Positions 9,140 through 19,295 of a DNA stretch of 64,000 bases are shown piece by piece. The notes beneath the pieces are model-generated. The model was not told the DNA's origin. It worked only from the letters and a program-made list of their open reading frames with translations, and ran no database searches. Made by a program: the position numbers and the translations under genes. Source of the stretch: Acidimicrobiia bacterium (GTDB lineage Bacteria; Actinomycetota; Acidimicrobiia; Actinomarinales; Actinomarinaceae); the NCBI GenBank assembly GCA_028376655.1, contig JAONAZ010000004.1:1201-65200 (forward strand). The letters run 5' to 3'. Each line of letters begins with the position of its first letter. Within the stretch, counting starts at the first letter, position 1.

Positions 9140-10495
9140 ATGAATATTGACATATTATTTTTTGATGAGAATTTTAAAAACAAAGACCAATACATAGCTG
9201 ACGAAGAATCATTCATCGAATATATAAAAACTCATCAATTTGAAGGAAAATCAAAAGAGACTCTCTTAATGCCACCATCCTTATCTTCTACGGGTAACCA
9301 AACAATACTTACAGGTTCTGGAGATTACAGTCAACGAGAAATCATGGATTTAGGATATTCAATAGGAAAAAAAATAAAAAGTAATGCAACCATTAAAATT
9401 CTTAACTTTGAAGGCGATGAAGAAATTTTAACTTTAGGAATTCTTTTTTCAACTTATAAGTTTGATACATATAAAACAAAAAAAGAAAAAGAAGATATTG
9501 AAATAACTTTTTCAGAACATATGGATATTAAAAGCAATCTACTAAAAAAAGAAGCTGTTTTTTGGGTGAGAGACATGATTAATACTCCATCTCTAGATAA
9601 AACCCCTGAGTTCTTTATAGACAATATAAAAAGTCTTAATAGCGAGATAGATATCAATGTACATGATGAGAAATGGTTAGAAGATAATAATTTTGGAGCG
9701 GTTTTAGGGGTTGCTAAGGGTTCAGAAAGAAAGCCTTATTTTTTAGTTGGAGAATACAACAAAAATGCTGGTACTCAAATTGCTCTTATAGGAAAAGGTG
9801 TGATGTTTGATTCAGGAGGTCTCTCTTTAAAATCACCCGCTGGAATGGACACCATGAAAACAGACATGGCTGGAGCAGCAACTGCTTGGGGAGTGATGAG
9901 CTTAATCTCAAAACATAAAGTAGATATAGGATTAACAGTTCTAACACCTATTGTAGAAAACATGCCTAGTGGTAAAGCAATAAGGCCAGGAGATGTCTTG
10001 ACGGCTAGAAATGGTAAAACTATTGAAGTTCTAAATACTGACGCAGAGGGAAGATTAATTATGGCAGATGCATTAGCTTATGCGTCTGAAAAAAAACCAG
10101 ATCTAATTTGTGATGTAGCAACTTTGACAGGAGCAGCTTATGTTGCTTTAGGAATAGACATAGGAGCAATTTTTTCAAATAATAAAAAAATAGAGGATAA
10201 ATTCATGGAGTCTACAAAAAAATCTGGTGAAGATTTTTATCCACTCCCGCTTCATGGCGATTACAAAAAATTAATAGATTCTGATATTGCTGATATGAAA
10301 AATACTGGAGGACGTTTCGGTGGGGCCATAACAGCAGCACTACTACTTGAAAATTTTGTTGAGGATTTAGACTGGGTACACCTCGACATAGCAGGACCTG
10401 CCAGGAGTAATAATAGAAAAGGAGCAACAGGATTTTCAGTTTTAACCTTATTCGAATTTTTTAGTCAATTAGCTAAGAGTCATTCTGAGAGTTAG
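9140..10495 (+). CDS. pepA: Leucyl aminopeptidase (M17)
   Basis: NTDAEGRLIMADAL M17 signature, plus the GKGVMFDSGGLSLK and MKTDMAGAA metal-site regions. Confidence 0.9.
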   Translation: MNIDILFFDENFKNKDQYIADEESFIEYIKTHQFEGKSKETLLMPPSLSSTGNQTILTGSGDYSQREIMDLGYSIGKKIKSNATIKILNFEGDEEILTLGILFSTYKFDTYKTKKEKEDIEITFSEHMDIKSNLLKKEAVFWVRDMINTPSLDKTPEFFIDNIKSLNSEIDINVHDEKWLEDNNFGAVLGVAKGSERKPYFLVGEYNKNAGTQIALIGKGVMFDSGGLSLKSPAGMDTMKTDMAGAATAWGVMSLISKHKVDIGLTVLTPIVENMPSGKAIRPGDVLTARNGKTIEVLNTDAEGRLIMADALAYASEKKPDLICDVATLTGAAYVALGIDIGAIFSNNKKIEDKFMESTKKSGEDFYPLPLHGDYKKLIDSDIADMKNTGGRFGGAITAALLLENFVEDLDWVHLDIAGPARSNNRKGATGFSVLTLFEFFSQLAKSHSES

Positions 10496-13370
10496 CAACA
10501 ATAAAAATTAGACTATCGCCCGTTGACACAGTTCCCCCTTGGGCTACGTTAGTTCCAATCACCTTGCCTTGACAGTCTGGTAGTTCTGATTCTTCAAAAG
10601 AGTTCTTCAAGAATAAGATGACACTTGTTTCTCTCATAAAGTTTTTGATTAGAACTTCAGCTTCATCTCTTGTGTAGACACATGGAGGAATATTTGGAAT
10701 TGCAGCAGTATATTTTGTACCGGATACTTCTAGTACAATCTCTGTTCCTTCAGGCATTTCTTCTCCACTTTCTATACTTTGCGTAAGGACCAAGCCAGGT
10801 GCTTCTTCTGAATCAACTAATTTTATAGTTGGCAATATATATCCAGAAAATGCAATTTCTTCAGCGTCTATGATATTGAGTCCTAATAATTGTGGTATTT
10901 CGATTGTTGGTATTTCATAATACTTTTCAATATCACTCGGATCAGCTGGCCATTCTTCAATTGGCAAATCTTCAACTACTTTTTCCATAAACTCTTTCCA
11001 AATAGGTGCTGGTACTCGACCACCAGAAACGCTAGAAACAACTTCACCATTAATTTCAACATTTGTTAATGGAAGCTGTTCTTCGGCAAAGCCAATCCAT
11101 ACTGATGATGTATATTGTGGGATGAATCCAATAAACCATGCTTCTGTGAAGCCTTGATGGGTACCAGTTTTTCCAGCTATCGGTCTATCATCAAGTACAG
11201 CTCTAGTTCCTGTACCAAATTGGGCTGCTACCTCAAGAGTTTTTCTTACAGCTGCTGCAGCTCCGGGGTCAGGAATAGTTACTCTCTGAGAAGTAACATG
11301 TTGGTATAATACCTGTCCATTAGCATCTGTTATCTTTTCAATTAAATAGGTAGGAGCTAAGTATCCATTATTAGCAAAAGAAGAATAAGCTGAAGCAAGT
11401 TCAATTGGCGTAACAGCTCCAGCCCCAAGAGTTAACGAAATGACTGGATCTAATTTAGAATCTATACCAATTCTATTAGCGGTACTTGAAAGCTTTTCTC
11501 CACCAAGTTCAGATGCTAATTGAGCATATACAGTATTCACAGATTTCCTAGTGGCCTCTTCAAGTGAAACCATCCCAGAGGTATCTAATAATTTAATAGA
11601 TCTGTTGTATTCTGATTTATCCTGACAAGGCTTAAAGATAATTTGAGTCTCACTATCAAGATCAATCTGTGTAATATTTCTTTGTTCTTCTATTAATAGA
11701 GGATCATTAATTATGGTTAAAACCCTTCCTTCTTCATCTTCTGTTGAAGTATCTTCATCTTCAGTATAAATTATCGCACCACCATCTTCAGAGTATTGCT
11801 GCAACGCAACACCTATGGTTAAAATTTTTTCTGATTCTTCTTCAAACTCTTCTATTTGTGAAGAGATTGGAAATTGCTTTATAAAGTCTTTATTTTTAAG
11901 CTCTTCGGCGTGAAACCCAACACATTGTAGTTCAATGGCTCTATCTTGTGCTGGCAGTTTGTTTATAAAACGATCAGCTGTTATTGAGGTACCATAATTT
12001 CTAACAACCCATTTTGTACCAATACCATCAGGGGCACATGGATAACCACAATCTATCTCAACAGGACTTCTGGAATCTCTCGTACTATATAGTTTCGCAC
12101 CTGACTCTAAAGCTGCAAGGAGAGTAATAGGTTTAAACGCTGATCCAGGATTTCTTTTCCCTTGTGTTGCAAGATTGTATTGTTCATCTTCAAAAGGCAA
12201 GCCGGAAGCCATTACTTCAATTCCACCAGTTTTATTATTGATTAGAGTAATTACTCCTGTAGGTTTTGGTTCAGGCTCTTCAAGGTCTACATCTAAGATT
12301 TCTGAAGGAACCCATTTGTTAAGTACTTGATTGGCATGATTTTGTAGTCCTAAATTTACAGTTATCTCAATTGTTAAACCTCCACCACCAGTGCAGGAAG
12401 TATCATCAGAAGGACATCCAAAGAGTGCTTTTTTTCTTTCCTCATTTGTTGAACCAAGAACTGCAAACTGTGGATTATTTAGTAATCTTCTTTTAACCTC
12501 AGCAGAGACATGTTCAGCTTTATTTGAAAGCGTATTTGGTTCTGAAATTATCAAAGGAGCTAATTTTGCTGACCTATGCTGGATATCTACAATAAAACCC
12601 TCTTTTAGCATTACATCTAAAACATCATTTCTTCTATCCAAAACTCTTTCTGGATATTTACGCGGGTTGTAGTACGCAGGACTTCTAATAATTACAACTA
12701 ATGTTGCAGCTTCGTCCAATGTTAGTTCAGAGACATCTTTACTAAAATATTCTGAAGAGGCAGATTGTAGACCATAAGCACCAGATCCCCAATATATAGA
12801 GTTTATATAATATTCTAAAATCTGATCTTTTGAATACCTTCTTTCAAGCTCAGCTGCAACAACTGCTTCAGCAACCTTTCTCCTTATTGAAATCTCATCA
12901 CCAACAAAAGATTGCTTAGCTACCTGTGAAGTAATAGTTGAGCCACCTCTGGTGACTCCCCGTAAATTATCTACAACCGCACTTAGGATTGCTACAAAAT
13001 CTACTCCCTCGTGTTGATAATAGTTACTATCTTCAGCTGCAAGAAGAGTATTGATTACAAATGGAGGCACCTTTGATAATTTAATAGGATCTCTATTAAG
13101 GCCATCATGTAACTCATCTAAAACTTGATTATCTGAAGTGATTATTATCGAAGGTTCGGACAACGATACAAAATCTAAAACCATGCCTTCAGCTCTTGGT
13201 AAGAATTTTTCTTCTAAATCAGTCACAACTTCCATCGCAGATTTAATTGGTAAAAATGTGAAAAAAGCAAACCACCCTGATAACAATAAAGCGCTTACAA
13301 GTAAGCCAAATCCAGCAATGTATCTAATCCCAAACCTGGATTTATTTTCTAAATTATGGATTTCTGCCAT
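10473..13370 (-). CDS. Class A penicillin-binding protein (transglycosylase/transpeptidase) with C-terminal PASTA-like repeats
   Basis: N-terminal TM anchor. GT51 motifs EDSNYYQHEGVD and RGGSTITSQVAK. Transpeptidase motifs SAFK (S410), SVN (610) and KTGT. Two C-terminal PASTA-like units are present. An acidic insert of about 140 aa lies between SxxK and SxN. Confidence 0.9.
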   Translation of the reverse strand: MAEIHNLENKSRFGIRYIAGFGLLVSALLLSGWFAFFTFLPIKSAMEVVTDLEEKFLPRAEGMVLDFVSLSEPSIIITSDNQVLDELHDGLNRDPIKLSKVPPFVINTLLAAEDSNYYQHEGVDFVAILSAVVDNLRGVTRGGSTITSQVAKQSFVGDEISIRRKVAEAVVAAELERRYSKDQILEYYINSIYWGSGAYGLQSASSEYFSKDVSELTLDEAATLVVIIRSPAYYNPRKYPERVLDRRNDVLDVMLKEGFIVDIQHRSAKLAPLIISEPNTLSNKAEHVSAEVKRRLLNNPQFAVLGSTNEERKKALFGCPSDDTSCTGGGGLTIEITVNLGLQNHANQVLNKWVPSEILDVDLEEPEPKPTGVITLINNKTGGIEVMASGLPFEDEQYNLATQGKRNPGSAFKPITLLAALESGAKLYSTRDSRSPVEIDCGYPCAPDGIGTKWVVRNYGTSITADRFINKLPAQDRAIELQCVGFHAEELKNKDFIKQFPISSQIEEFEEESEKILTIGVALQQYSEDGGAIIYTEDEDTSTEDEEGRVLTIINDPLLIEEQRNITQIDLDSETQIIFKPCQDKSEYNRSIKLLDTSGMVSLEEATRKSVNTVYAQLASELGGEKLSSTANRIGIDSKLDPVISLTLGAGAVTPIELASAYSSFANNGYLAPTYLIEKITDANGQVLYQHVTSQRVTIPDPGAAAAVRKTLEVAAQFGTGTRAVLDDRPIAGKTGTHQGFTEAWFIGFIPQYTSSVWIGFAEEQLPLTNVEINGEVVSSVSGGRVPAPIWKEFMEKVVEDLPIEEWPADPSDIEKYYEIPTIEIPQLLGLNIIDAEEIAFSGYILPTIKLVDSEEAPGLVLTQSIESGEEMPEGTEIVLEVSGTKYTAAIPNIPPCVYTRDEAEVLIKNFMRETSVILFLKNSFEESELPDCQGKVIGTNVAQGGTVSTGDSLIFIVANSQNDS

Positions 13371-13443
13371 GTGACAATTCTAGTGGGTATAAAAATCAAA
13401 TTAACATTAGGAGTAGTAATTGGAATAGATGTAAAATAGATTA

Positions 13444-14493
13444 TTGATGGATTACTCACCAGGACTTAGAGGCGTAATAGCTGGGGAAACAGAAATTTCT
13501 ACAGTTGGAATGGAAGGAACATCACTCAGGTACCGTGGATATGATGCCATAGAATTAACAAAGTCCCATACATATGAAGATGTTGCTTCATTAATAATCG
13601 ATGACAGCTTAGATGGGAAGTTATTTAAAGAAACTTTTTCAAAACATTATGAAGAGTTACTACGTGATGAAGCTTTATTAAATTTAATTAATAATTTAAA
13701 AATTAATCTACATCCTATGGATGTTCTTAGAACTGCCATTTCCTATATTGGTCAAGCTGATGAGTCTAACAAGTTAGATGCTGCAAGCAAGATAACTGCA
13801 ATTAGCTGTATCGCAATTGCTTCCTACGACAACGAGCCAACAAGTGAATTAAATAATGATTTTGTTGTTGCCAGCTCTTTATTACCAAATACTGCTTCTA
13901 AAGAGCAACTCGAAGCTTTAGATGATATGTTAATTCTTTATGCAGAGCACGGTTTTAATGCCTCAACTTTTGCTGCAAGGGTTACTGCTTCAACAAGATC
14001 CGATCTAACAAGTGCAATTGTTTCTGGAGTAGGAACACTAAAAGGTGAATTACACGGAGGAGCTAACGAGGCTGCCGTCGAGTTAATTAATAGTTTTGAT
14101 ACACCTGAAAACGCTGAAAAGGGCGTACATAAACTTTTTGAAGAAAAGAAAAAAATTATGGGATTTGGACATGGTGTTTACAAAATTCAAGACCCACGGA
14201 GTCCTGTCGTTAAAAGCTGGGTAGAAATGCTGTCAAAAACCAATGAGTCGATTAATAGGTATGAAATAGCTAAAAAAGTAGATGAGATAATGGACTCTGA
14301 AAAAAATCTTTTTCCAAATGTAGATTTTTATGGCGGGCTACTTCTATCTGAATTAGGCTTTGCCGTTGACTTGTTTACACCACTTTTTGTTACGGGTCGT
14401 TCGGTTGGATGGTCTGCCCATTATTTTGAACAAAGAAAACAGGATACGCTAATTAGACCAGCCGCAAAATACACAGGAATTCAAGAAAGATAG
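13444..14493 (+). CDS. prpC: Citrate synthase family, probable 2-methylcitrate synthase
   Basis: LHGGANEAA and GFGHGVYKIQDPRS citrate-synthase motifs. Short 349-aa form, immediately upstream of a PrpD-family gene. TTG start in the track. Confidence 0.75.
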   Translation: MMDYSPGLRGVIAGETEISTVGMEGTSLRYRGYDAIELTKSHTYEDVASLIIDDSLDGKLFKETFSKHYEELLRDEALLNLINNLKINLHPMDVLRTAISYIGQADESNKLDAASKITAISCIAIASYDNEPTSELNNDFVVASSLLPNTASKEQLEALDDMLILYAEHGFNASTFAARVTASTRSDLTSAIVSGVGTLKGELHGGANEAAVELINSFDTPENAEKGVHKLFEEKKKIMGFGHGVYKIQDPRSPVVKSWVEMLSKTNESINRYEIAKKVDEIMDSEKNLFPNVDFYGGLLLSELGFAVDLFTPLFVTGRSVGWSAHYFEQRKQDTLIRPAAKYTGIQER

Positions 14494-14500
14494 TTCAAAA

Positions 14501-15877
14501 TTGAGTATCACCTCTTTCGACAATTTAATCATAGATTATATAAAAAGAGATGTTTCTCTTGATGAAGAAACTATCTTTTCAGTAAAATTAGCACTCTTGG
14601 ATACTCTTGGATGCATTTTCAACGCTGCTTCAAGTCCACAACCCGTTTCTTTCGCAACAACAGGACAGTACTCTGAGATTGGTAATCCCTTCGAGCTATC
14701 TAAAAACATCACTGATCCCAGAGATCTTGGAAAATTTTTTACAACATTAATTCGTTGGTACGATTACAACGATACTTTTTTAGCAAAAGAATGGGCTCAT
14801 CCATCAGATAATATTGGAACATCGCTTTCGTATTTTATGTCTAATGGAGGCTCATTTAAAGAATTCTCAGAATCTATTGTTAGAACATATGAGATACAGG
14901 GATCTCTTTCAGTAGGAACTTCCTTAAATAAAGAAGGTTACGACCATGTTTTTTTTGTCAAGATGGCTTCAGGAGCAATTTATGCTAGTTTGCTATCAAA
15001 AGGAAACGAAGAGATTATTAGAAGAACAGTCAATAATATTCTCCTGGATGGGCCTACATTAAGAGCCTATAGACATGCTCCAAATGTAGGTAAAAGAAAA
15101 AGTTGGGCTGCTGGAGATGCAGTTTCGAGAGCAATTGAAATATCTAAAATTTCAAGTTTAGATGACGAGAAATACAATGGAATTTTAAAAGATTCAACAT
15201 GGGGGTTCGAAAATATTTACCTTGAAAATACAGAAATAACCTTTGGCAAACCTCTTGATAATTGGGTTATAAATAATGTCCTTTTTAAAGTTTTGTACCC
15301 TGCAGAATTTCATGGACAATCTGCTGTTGAGGCTGCTGTACAACTTGCTGAGGAGTATCAATCAAAAAAAAATATTGTTAAGGATATTATTATTGAAACT
15401 CACGAACCGGCCATAAGAATAATTAGTAATAAAGATGTATTAATGAATTCCTCTGATAGAGATCACTCGCTTGAGTATATGGTTGCAGCTGCACTATTAT
15501 TTAATGATGTAACCAGTGAAACTTATGAAGAATCATTTCATGGCTATGCAGATATTGAAAAATTAAGAAAGAAAATCACTGTTATGGAAGACCCTGATTT
15601 TACTAAAACATACTATGAATTTGAAAAAAGAGAGATTGCAAATAGAATCTACTTGAATTTTGAAGATGGCACTCAATCTGAAAAGATTACTGTTAGATAC
15701 CCTATTGGACATCCAAAAAGACGTGATGAAGCTGTTCCCCTGATACAAGAAAAGTTCATGAAAAATACTTCAAATCATTTTGACAAAGATAAGGCAAATA
15801 AAATATGGAATTCTATTCTTAATTTCGAAATGAATACTGACTTCAACAATTTAGTTAATCTGTTAGTAGATGAGTAA
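14501..15877 (+). CDS. prpD: MmgE/PrpD family protein, probable 2-methylcitrate dehydratase
   Basis: Length (458 aa) and overall sequence fit the PrpD family. It is adjacent to the citrate-synthase-family gene. Confidence 0.75.
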   Translation: MSITSFDNLIIDYIKRDVSLDEETIFSVKLALLDTLGCIFNAASSPQPVSFATTGQYSEIGNPFELSKNITDPRDLGKFFTTLIRWYDYNDTFLAKEWAHPSDNIGTSLSYFMSNGGSFKEFSESIVRTYEIQGSLSVGTSLNKEGYDHVFFVKMASGAIYASLLSKGNEEIIRRTVNNILLDGPTLRAYRHAPNVGKRKSWAAGDAVSRAIEISKISSLDDEKYNGILKDSTWGFENIYLENTEITFGKPLDNWVINNVLFKVLYPAEFHGQSAVEAAVQLAEEYQSKKNIVKDIIIETHEPAIRIISNKDVLMNSSDRDHSLEYMVAAALLFNDVTSETYEESFHGYADIEKLRKKITVMEDPDFTKTYYEFEKREIANRIYLNFEDGTQSEKITVRYPIGHPKRRDEAVPLIQEKFMKNTSNHFDKDKANKIWNSILNFEMNTDFNNLVNLLVDE

Positions 15878-16727
15878 CATACTATATTTGCTAGTTGGCG
15901 GTGAAGCAACCAGACTGAAGCCACTATCAGAAGGAATACCAAAGGCTCTCCTTACTGTAAAAGACACACCCATAATGGATTTAATACTTCAAAACCTACA
16001 AAGTGCTAATTTTGACAAATTTAAATTAGTTTGTTCTATAAAACACCAAGAACAATGGGAAAACTATAAGAGTACATCTAAATTTGAAGTGGAACTCCTT
16101 TTTGAGACTCAAAAACTTGATACAGCTGGATACATGATTCAAAATATCCATCAATTTGAAGAAAGTTTCTTTTGTATGAATGGTGATTTACTCTTGGAAA
16201 TGGACTTTGAAAAGTTTCTAGACCACGTTGGGTCTGTTCCTAATTCAACTATTTGCTCTGTCCAAGTTGATAATCCTTCTAGGTTCGGAGTTTTACATTT
16301 AGATAAGGAAAAAGTGGTTAATTTTATTGAAAAACCAGATGATTTAAAATATGGTAACAACATCAGTATGGGTTTTTACTATATAGTTAAGGAAGACATC
16401 CTAAGAATTAAAGAAAGCTTACCTATTCCAACTTCTTTTGAAAAAGACGTCTTTCCCGTTTTAGCACAAAATCTGTTACTAAATTGCTATAAAGTAGATG
16501 GAAAGATGATAGATGTAGGAACTATAGATTCTTATATTTACGCCCACACTGATGGTAATGACAATTGGATTGGAGACAATGTGGTGATTGGTTCTAATCC
16601 CAATATTAAAAACAGCATAATTTTTGAAAATTGTGTTATTGGCTCAGACGTAGTCATAACAAATTCCATTATCCGGAAAGATAATAAAGTCCCTGATAAA
16701 ACAAATCTTGAAAATGAAATATACTAA
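15870..16727 (+). CDS. Sugar-1-phosphate nucleotidylyltransferase (ManC-like)
   Basis: N-terminal LVGGEATRLKPLSEGIPKALL nucleotide-binding loop. C-terminal left-handed beta-helix hexapeptide repeats (IGDNVVIGSNPNIKNSIIFENCVIGSDVVITNSII). Confidence 0.8.
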   Translation: MSNILYLLVGGEATRLKPLSEGIPKALLTVKDTPIMDLILQNLQSANFDKFKLVCSIKHQEQWENYKSTSKFEVELLFETQKLDTAGYMIQNIHQFEESFFCMNGDLLLEMDFEKFLDHVGSVPNSTICSVQVDNPSRFGVLHLDKEKVVNFIEKPDDLKYGNNISMGFYYIVKEDILRIKESLPIPTSFEKDVFPVLAQNLLLNCYKVDGKMIDVGTIDSYIYAHTDGNDNWIGDNVVIGSNPNIKNSIIFENCVIGSDVVITNSIIRKDNKVPDKTNLENEIY

Positions 16728-16732
16728 ATAAC

Positions 16733-17668
16733 ATGAAATCTGAAAAAATATTGGTCACAGGGGGAGCAGGTTTCATCGGCTCTCATTTAGTAGAAAATTT
16801 AACAAACCAGGGCCATGAACTAATGGTAGTTGACAATCTTTTAAGTGGGAAAAAACAGAATATAGAACATATCATCAGCGACAATCTTTTTTTTGATGAA
16901 ATTGGTTCTGAGGAAATTCTAAAGAAGATTAAACATTTCAACCCAGACATTTGTTTTCATTTAGCTGCACAATCTTCGGTTGTTATTTCTGTTGAGGACC
17001 CAATGTTAGATTTTGAGCACAATATCCTACAACCCCTCCAGCTAATTAGAACGCTTTTATCAACAGACTGTAAAAAGTTTGTATTCTCATCATCTGGAGG
17101 TACTATTTTTGGCGAACCTGATATTATTCCAACTTCGGAAATAGATTTTGCTGGAGAGCCTGAATCACCATATGGAATATCTAAAAAAAGACTGAATGAA
17201 TTTATAGAATTATTATTTAGTAATAAAGAAAATACCACTTATTCAATTCTTAATTTTTCAAACGTATATGGACCTCGTCAAGATCCACATGGTGAAGCAG
17301 GGGTAGTATCAATTTTTACTAGTAAAATGATGAATAATTTGGAACCTACAGTTTTTGGTGACGGTGAACAAACTAGAGACTATATTTTCGTTCAAGATGT
17401 TGTTGATGCATTACTTTTATCTTCAACTATTGATGAAGATTTATTTTTGAATATTGGCACAGGTAATGAGACCTCGGTTAATGATTTAGTTTCAACCTTA
17501 AAAAGTACCATAGGCTATTTGGGTGAAGTTAAGTATGAGCCCAAAAGAGATGGAGAACTTTTAAGAAGTGTTTTGGATAATTCGAAAGCTAAAAAAGTTC
17601 TCAACTGGGAGCCTCAGTACTCGCTAGAAAGTGGGATTACGGAATTAGTTAATTGGCTGTCAGCCTAA
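16733..17668 (+). CDS. NAD-dependent sugar epimerase (GalE-like SDR)
   Basis: GGAGFIGSHL Rossmann motif and catalytic YxxxK (PYGISKK). Size is 311 aa. Confidence 0.85.
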   Translation: MKSEKILVTGGAGFIGSHLVENLTNQGHELMVVDNLLSGKKQNIEHIISDNLFFDEIGSEEILKKIKHFNPDICFHLAAQSSVVISVEDPMLDFEHNILQPLQLIRTLLSTDCKKFVFSSSGGTIFGEPDIIPTSEIDFAGEPESPYGISKKRLNEFIELLFSNKENTTYSILNFSNVYGPRQDPHGEAGVVSIFTSKMMNNLEPTVFGDGEQTRDYIFVQDVVDALLLSSTIDEDLFLNIGTGNETSVNDLVSTLKSTIGYLGEVKYEPKRDGELLRSVLDNSKAKKVLNWEPQYSLESGITELVNWLSA

Positions 17669-18369
17669 AGAAAAAAATCTTCATCGGCTTTTCTAATAAT
17701 TTCCTGGATACCTTTATTTGACCGTTTGTATGTATAGCCTCTTATAATTGCAACGGGTATCTCATCTATTTTATTCATAACCAGTTCGGAAGCGCTGGCA
17801 AGTTCATCAACAATAGCTATCTCAGTAGCCATTAAATCATTTCCATATAAGTCACTTGTGCCAATATAACTGGCAAGAGGCTCAATACCCGAGCATCCAA
17901 TAGCAACATTAGTTTGTCCTTTCCTCCAGGCTCTACCAAATGTATCACTTATAATCACAGCTACCTCTGATCCATAATCTGCAGCAATTTTCTTTCTAAT
18001 ATTATATGCACTTTTATCTGGATCTTCGGGAAGAAGAAGTGCATAGCCTTTCTCAATATTTGATTTATCAATGCCAGCATTAGCACAGATAAAGCCGTGC
18101 TTAGTTCTTGCAATAACAGTTTCTCCACGTTTTCTTAGAATTTGAGTAGATTCATTTTCTAATATTTGTGAAATATCAACGGTCTCTAAATTTATAGCTC
18201 TATCTTCAATTTTTGAAATAATCTTTTGAGTTATGACAAGTACGTCACTGTCTTCTAATGTCTCTCCAAGGTCATGTAAAGACGCAATAAGAATTTTTAT
18301 TAAATCATCAGCTTTTTTAAACTCAGGTAAACCGGTTATGGGTATTATCTCAACTTTTCTTTGAATCAT
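17665..18369 (-). CDS. cofE: Coenzyme F420-0:L-glutamate ligase, stand-alone CofE-type
   Basis: 234 aa with a CofE-like sequence (VITQKIISKIEDR, GICANAGID-like FICANAGIDKSN, ISDTFGRAWRKGQ). Overlaps cofD by 4 nt. No C-terminal nitroreductase-like domain. Confidence 0.85.
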   Translation of the reverse strand: MIQRKVEIIPITGLPEFKKADDLIKILIASLHDLGETLEDSDVLVITQKIISKIEDRAINLETVDISQILENESTQILRKRGETVIARTKHGFICANAGIDKSNIEKGYALLLPEDPDKSAYNIRKKIAADYGSEVAVIISDTFGRAWRKGQTNVAIGCSGIEPLASYIGTSDLYGNDLMATEIAIVDELASASELVMNKIDEIPVAIIRGYTYKRSNKGIQEIIRKADEDFFL

Positions 18370-19253
18370 TTTATTAATTCTTTTGCTAGGTTGACTGCAA
18401 TTGTCTCATCTGAAAATAAAATGTTTTTTGATTGAATATTTGTCCCACTACTTTCATTTTCATGCACAATATATTTATTAACCATGCCACCGTAAAATTC
18501 CTGAAGGCCATTTATATTTGGCTCTAATCCAAGGTCCCTAAAATTTCTGTCAGAGGGGCCCTTGAGTGCTTTTTGATCTATAAAAGGACTAATTACTGTA
18601 ACTGAAGTATGTCCAGAGACTATATTTTTTATACTATCTATGCTTAGAATTGGTCCAATTGACAACACTGGATTTGATGGACCGATTATTATTTTGTCTG
18701 CTTCTGAAAGGGCTTTAATTACATCACTTGTTGGCAAAGCATTATTAGATCCATTATATTTTACTTCTTTTAAAACTGGCTCAGCCTTTCTTTCAACAAA
18801 GTATTCCTGAAAGCTTAGTACCTCATCATGGTCAGTAGTTATGGATGTACTAACAACATCATTAGTCATGGGAAGTATTCGACAGCTCAATTTATAGAAG
18901 TCTGTAAAAAATTTTGTTACCTCTGTTAAGTTTTTACCATCGTTGAGCATTTGATTGCGATAAAGTTTAAGTGCTAAGTCTTTATCACCAATTGAAAATT
19001 GTTGTTTGTGATATTCCTTGTAAAAATTGCTAACTTCAAATGTATCTTCTTTCTGACCCCACCCAAACTCTCCTTGCATGTTGGCCAAAGCATACATTAC
19101 AGAGTCAACATCAGGAGAAAGTTTTACTCCGTGTATATTTTCATCATCTGCAGTGTTTACAACTATTGATAGGTCGATATCCTTTAATGCGTAGAAACCT
19201 TTAGCTAGTTTTGCACCTCCAATTCCTCCTGAAATATATGCTATCTTTTTCAT
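18366..19253 (-). CDS. cofD: 2-phospho-L-lactate (or EPPG) transferase
   Basis: N-terminal ISGGIGGAKLAKG motif and length (295 aa) are typical of CofD/FbiA. Forms an operon with cofE. Confidence 0.85.
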   Translation of the reverse strand: MKKIAYISGGIGGAKLAKGFYALKDIDLSIVVNTADDENIHGVKLSPDVDSVMYALANMQGEFGWGQKEDTFEVSNFYKEYHKQQFSIGDKDLALKLYRNQMLNDGKNLTEVTKFFTDFYKLSCRILPMTNDVVSTSITTDHDEVLSFQEYFVERKAEPVLKEVKYNGSNNALPTSDVIKALSEADKIIIGPSNPVLSIGPILSIDSIKNIVSGHTSVTVISPFIDQKALKGPSDRNFRDLGLEPNINGLQEFYGGMVNKYIVHENESSGTNIQSKNILFSDETIAVNLAKELIK

Positions 19254-19295
19254 CTTGACCCTTTATCTAGAAAATATTCATGTAACATTTTATTA

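Noticed and set aside
13371-13443. A second CRP-like site (TGTGAcaattcTAGTG) between the PBP gene and prpC. I also considered riboswitch or leader elements in the few intergenic gaps larger than 60 nt (35085..35175, 58699..58781).
   Set aside because: Only one half-site matches the consensus. The gaps are too short and too AT-rich to hold known riboswitch folds, and no conserved riboswitch core sequences were recognised.
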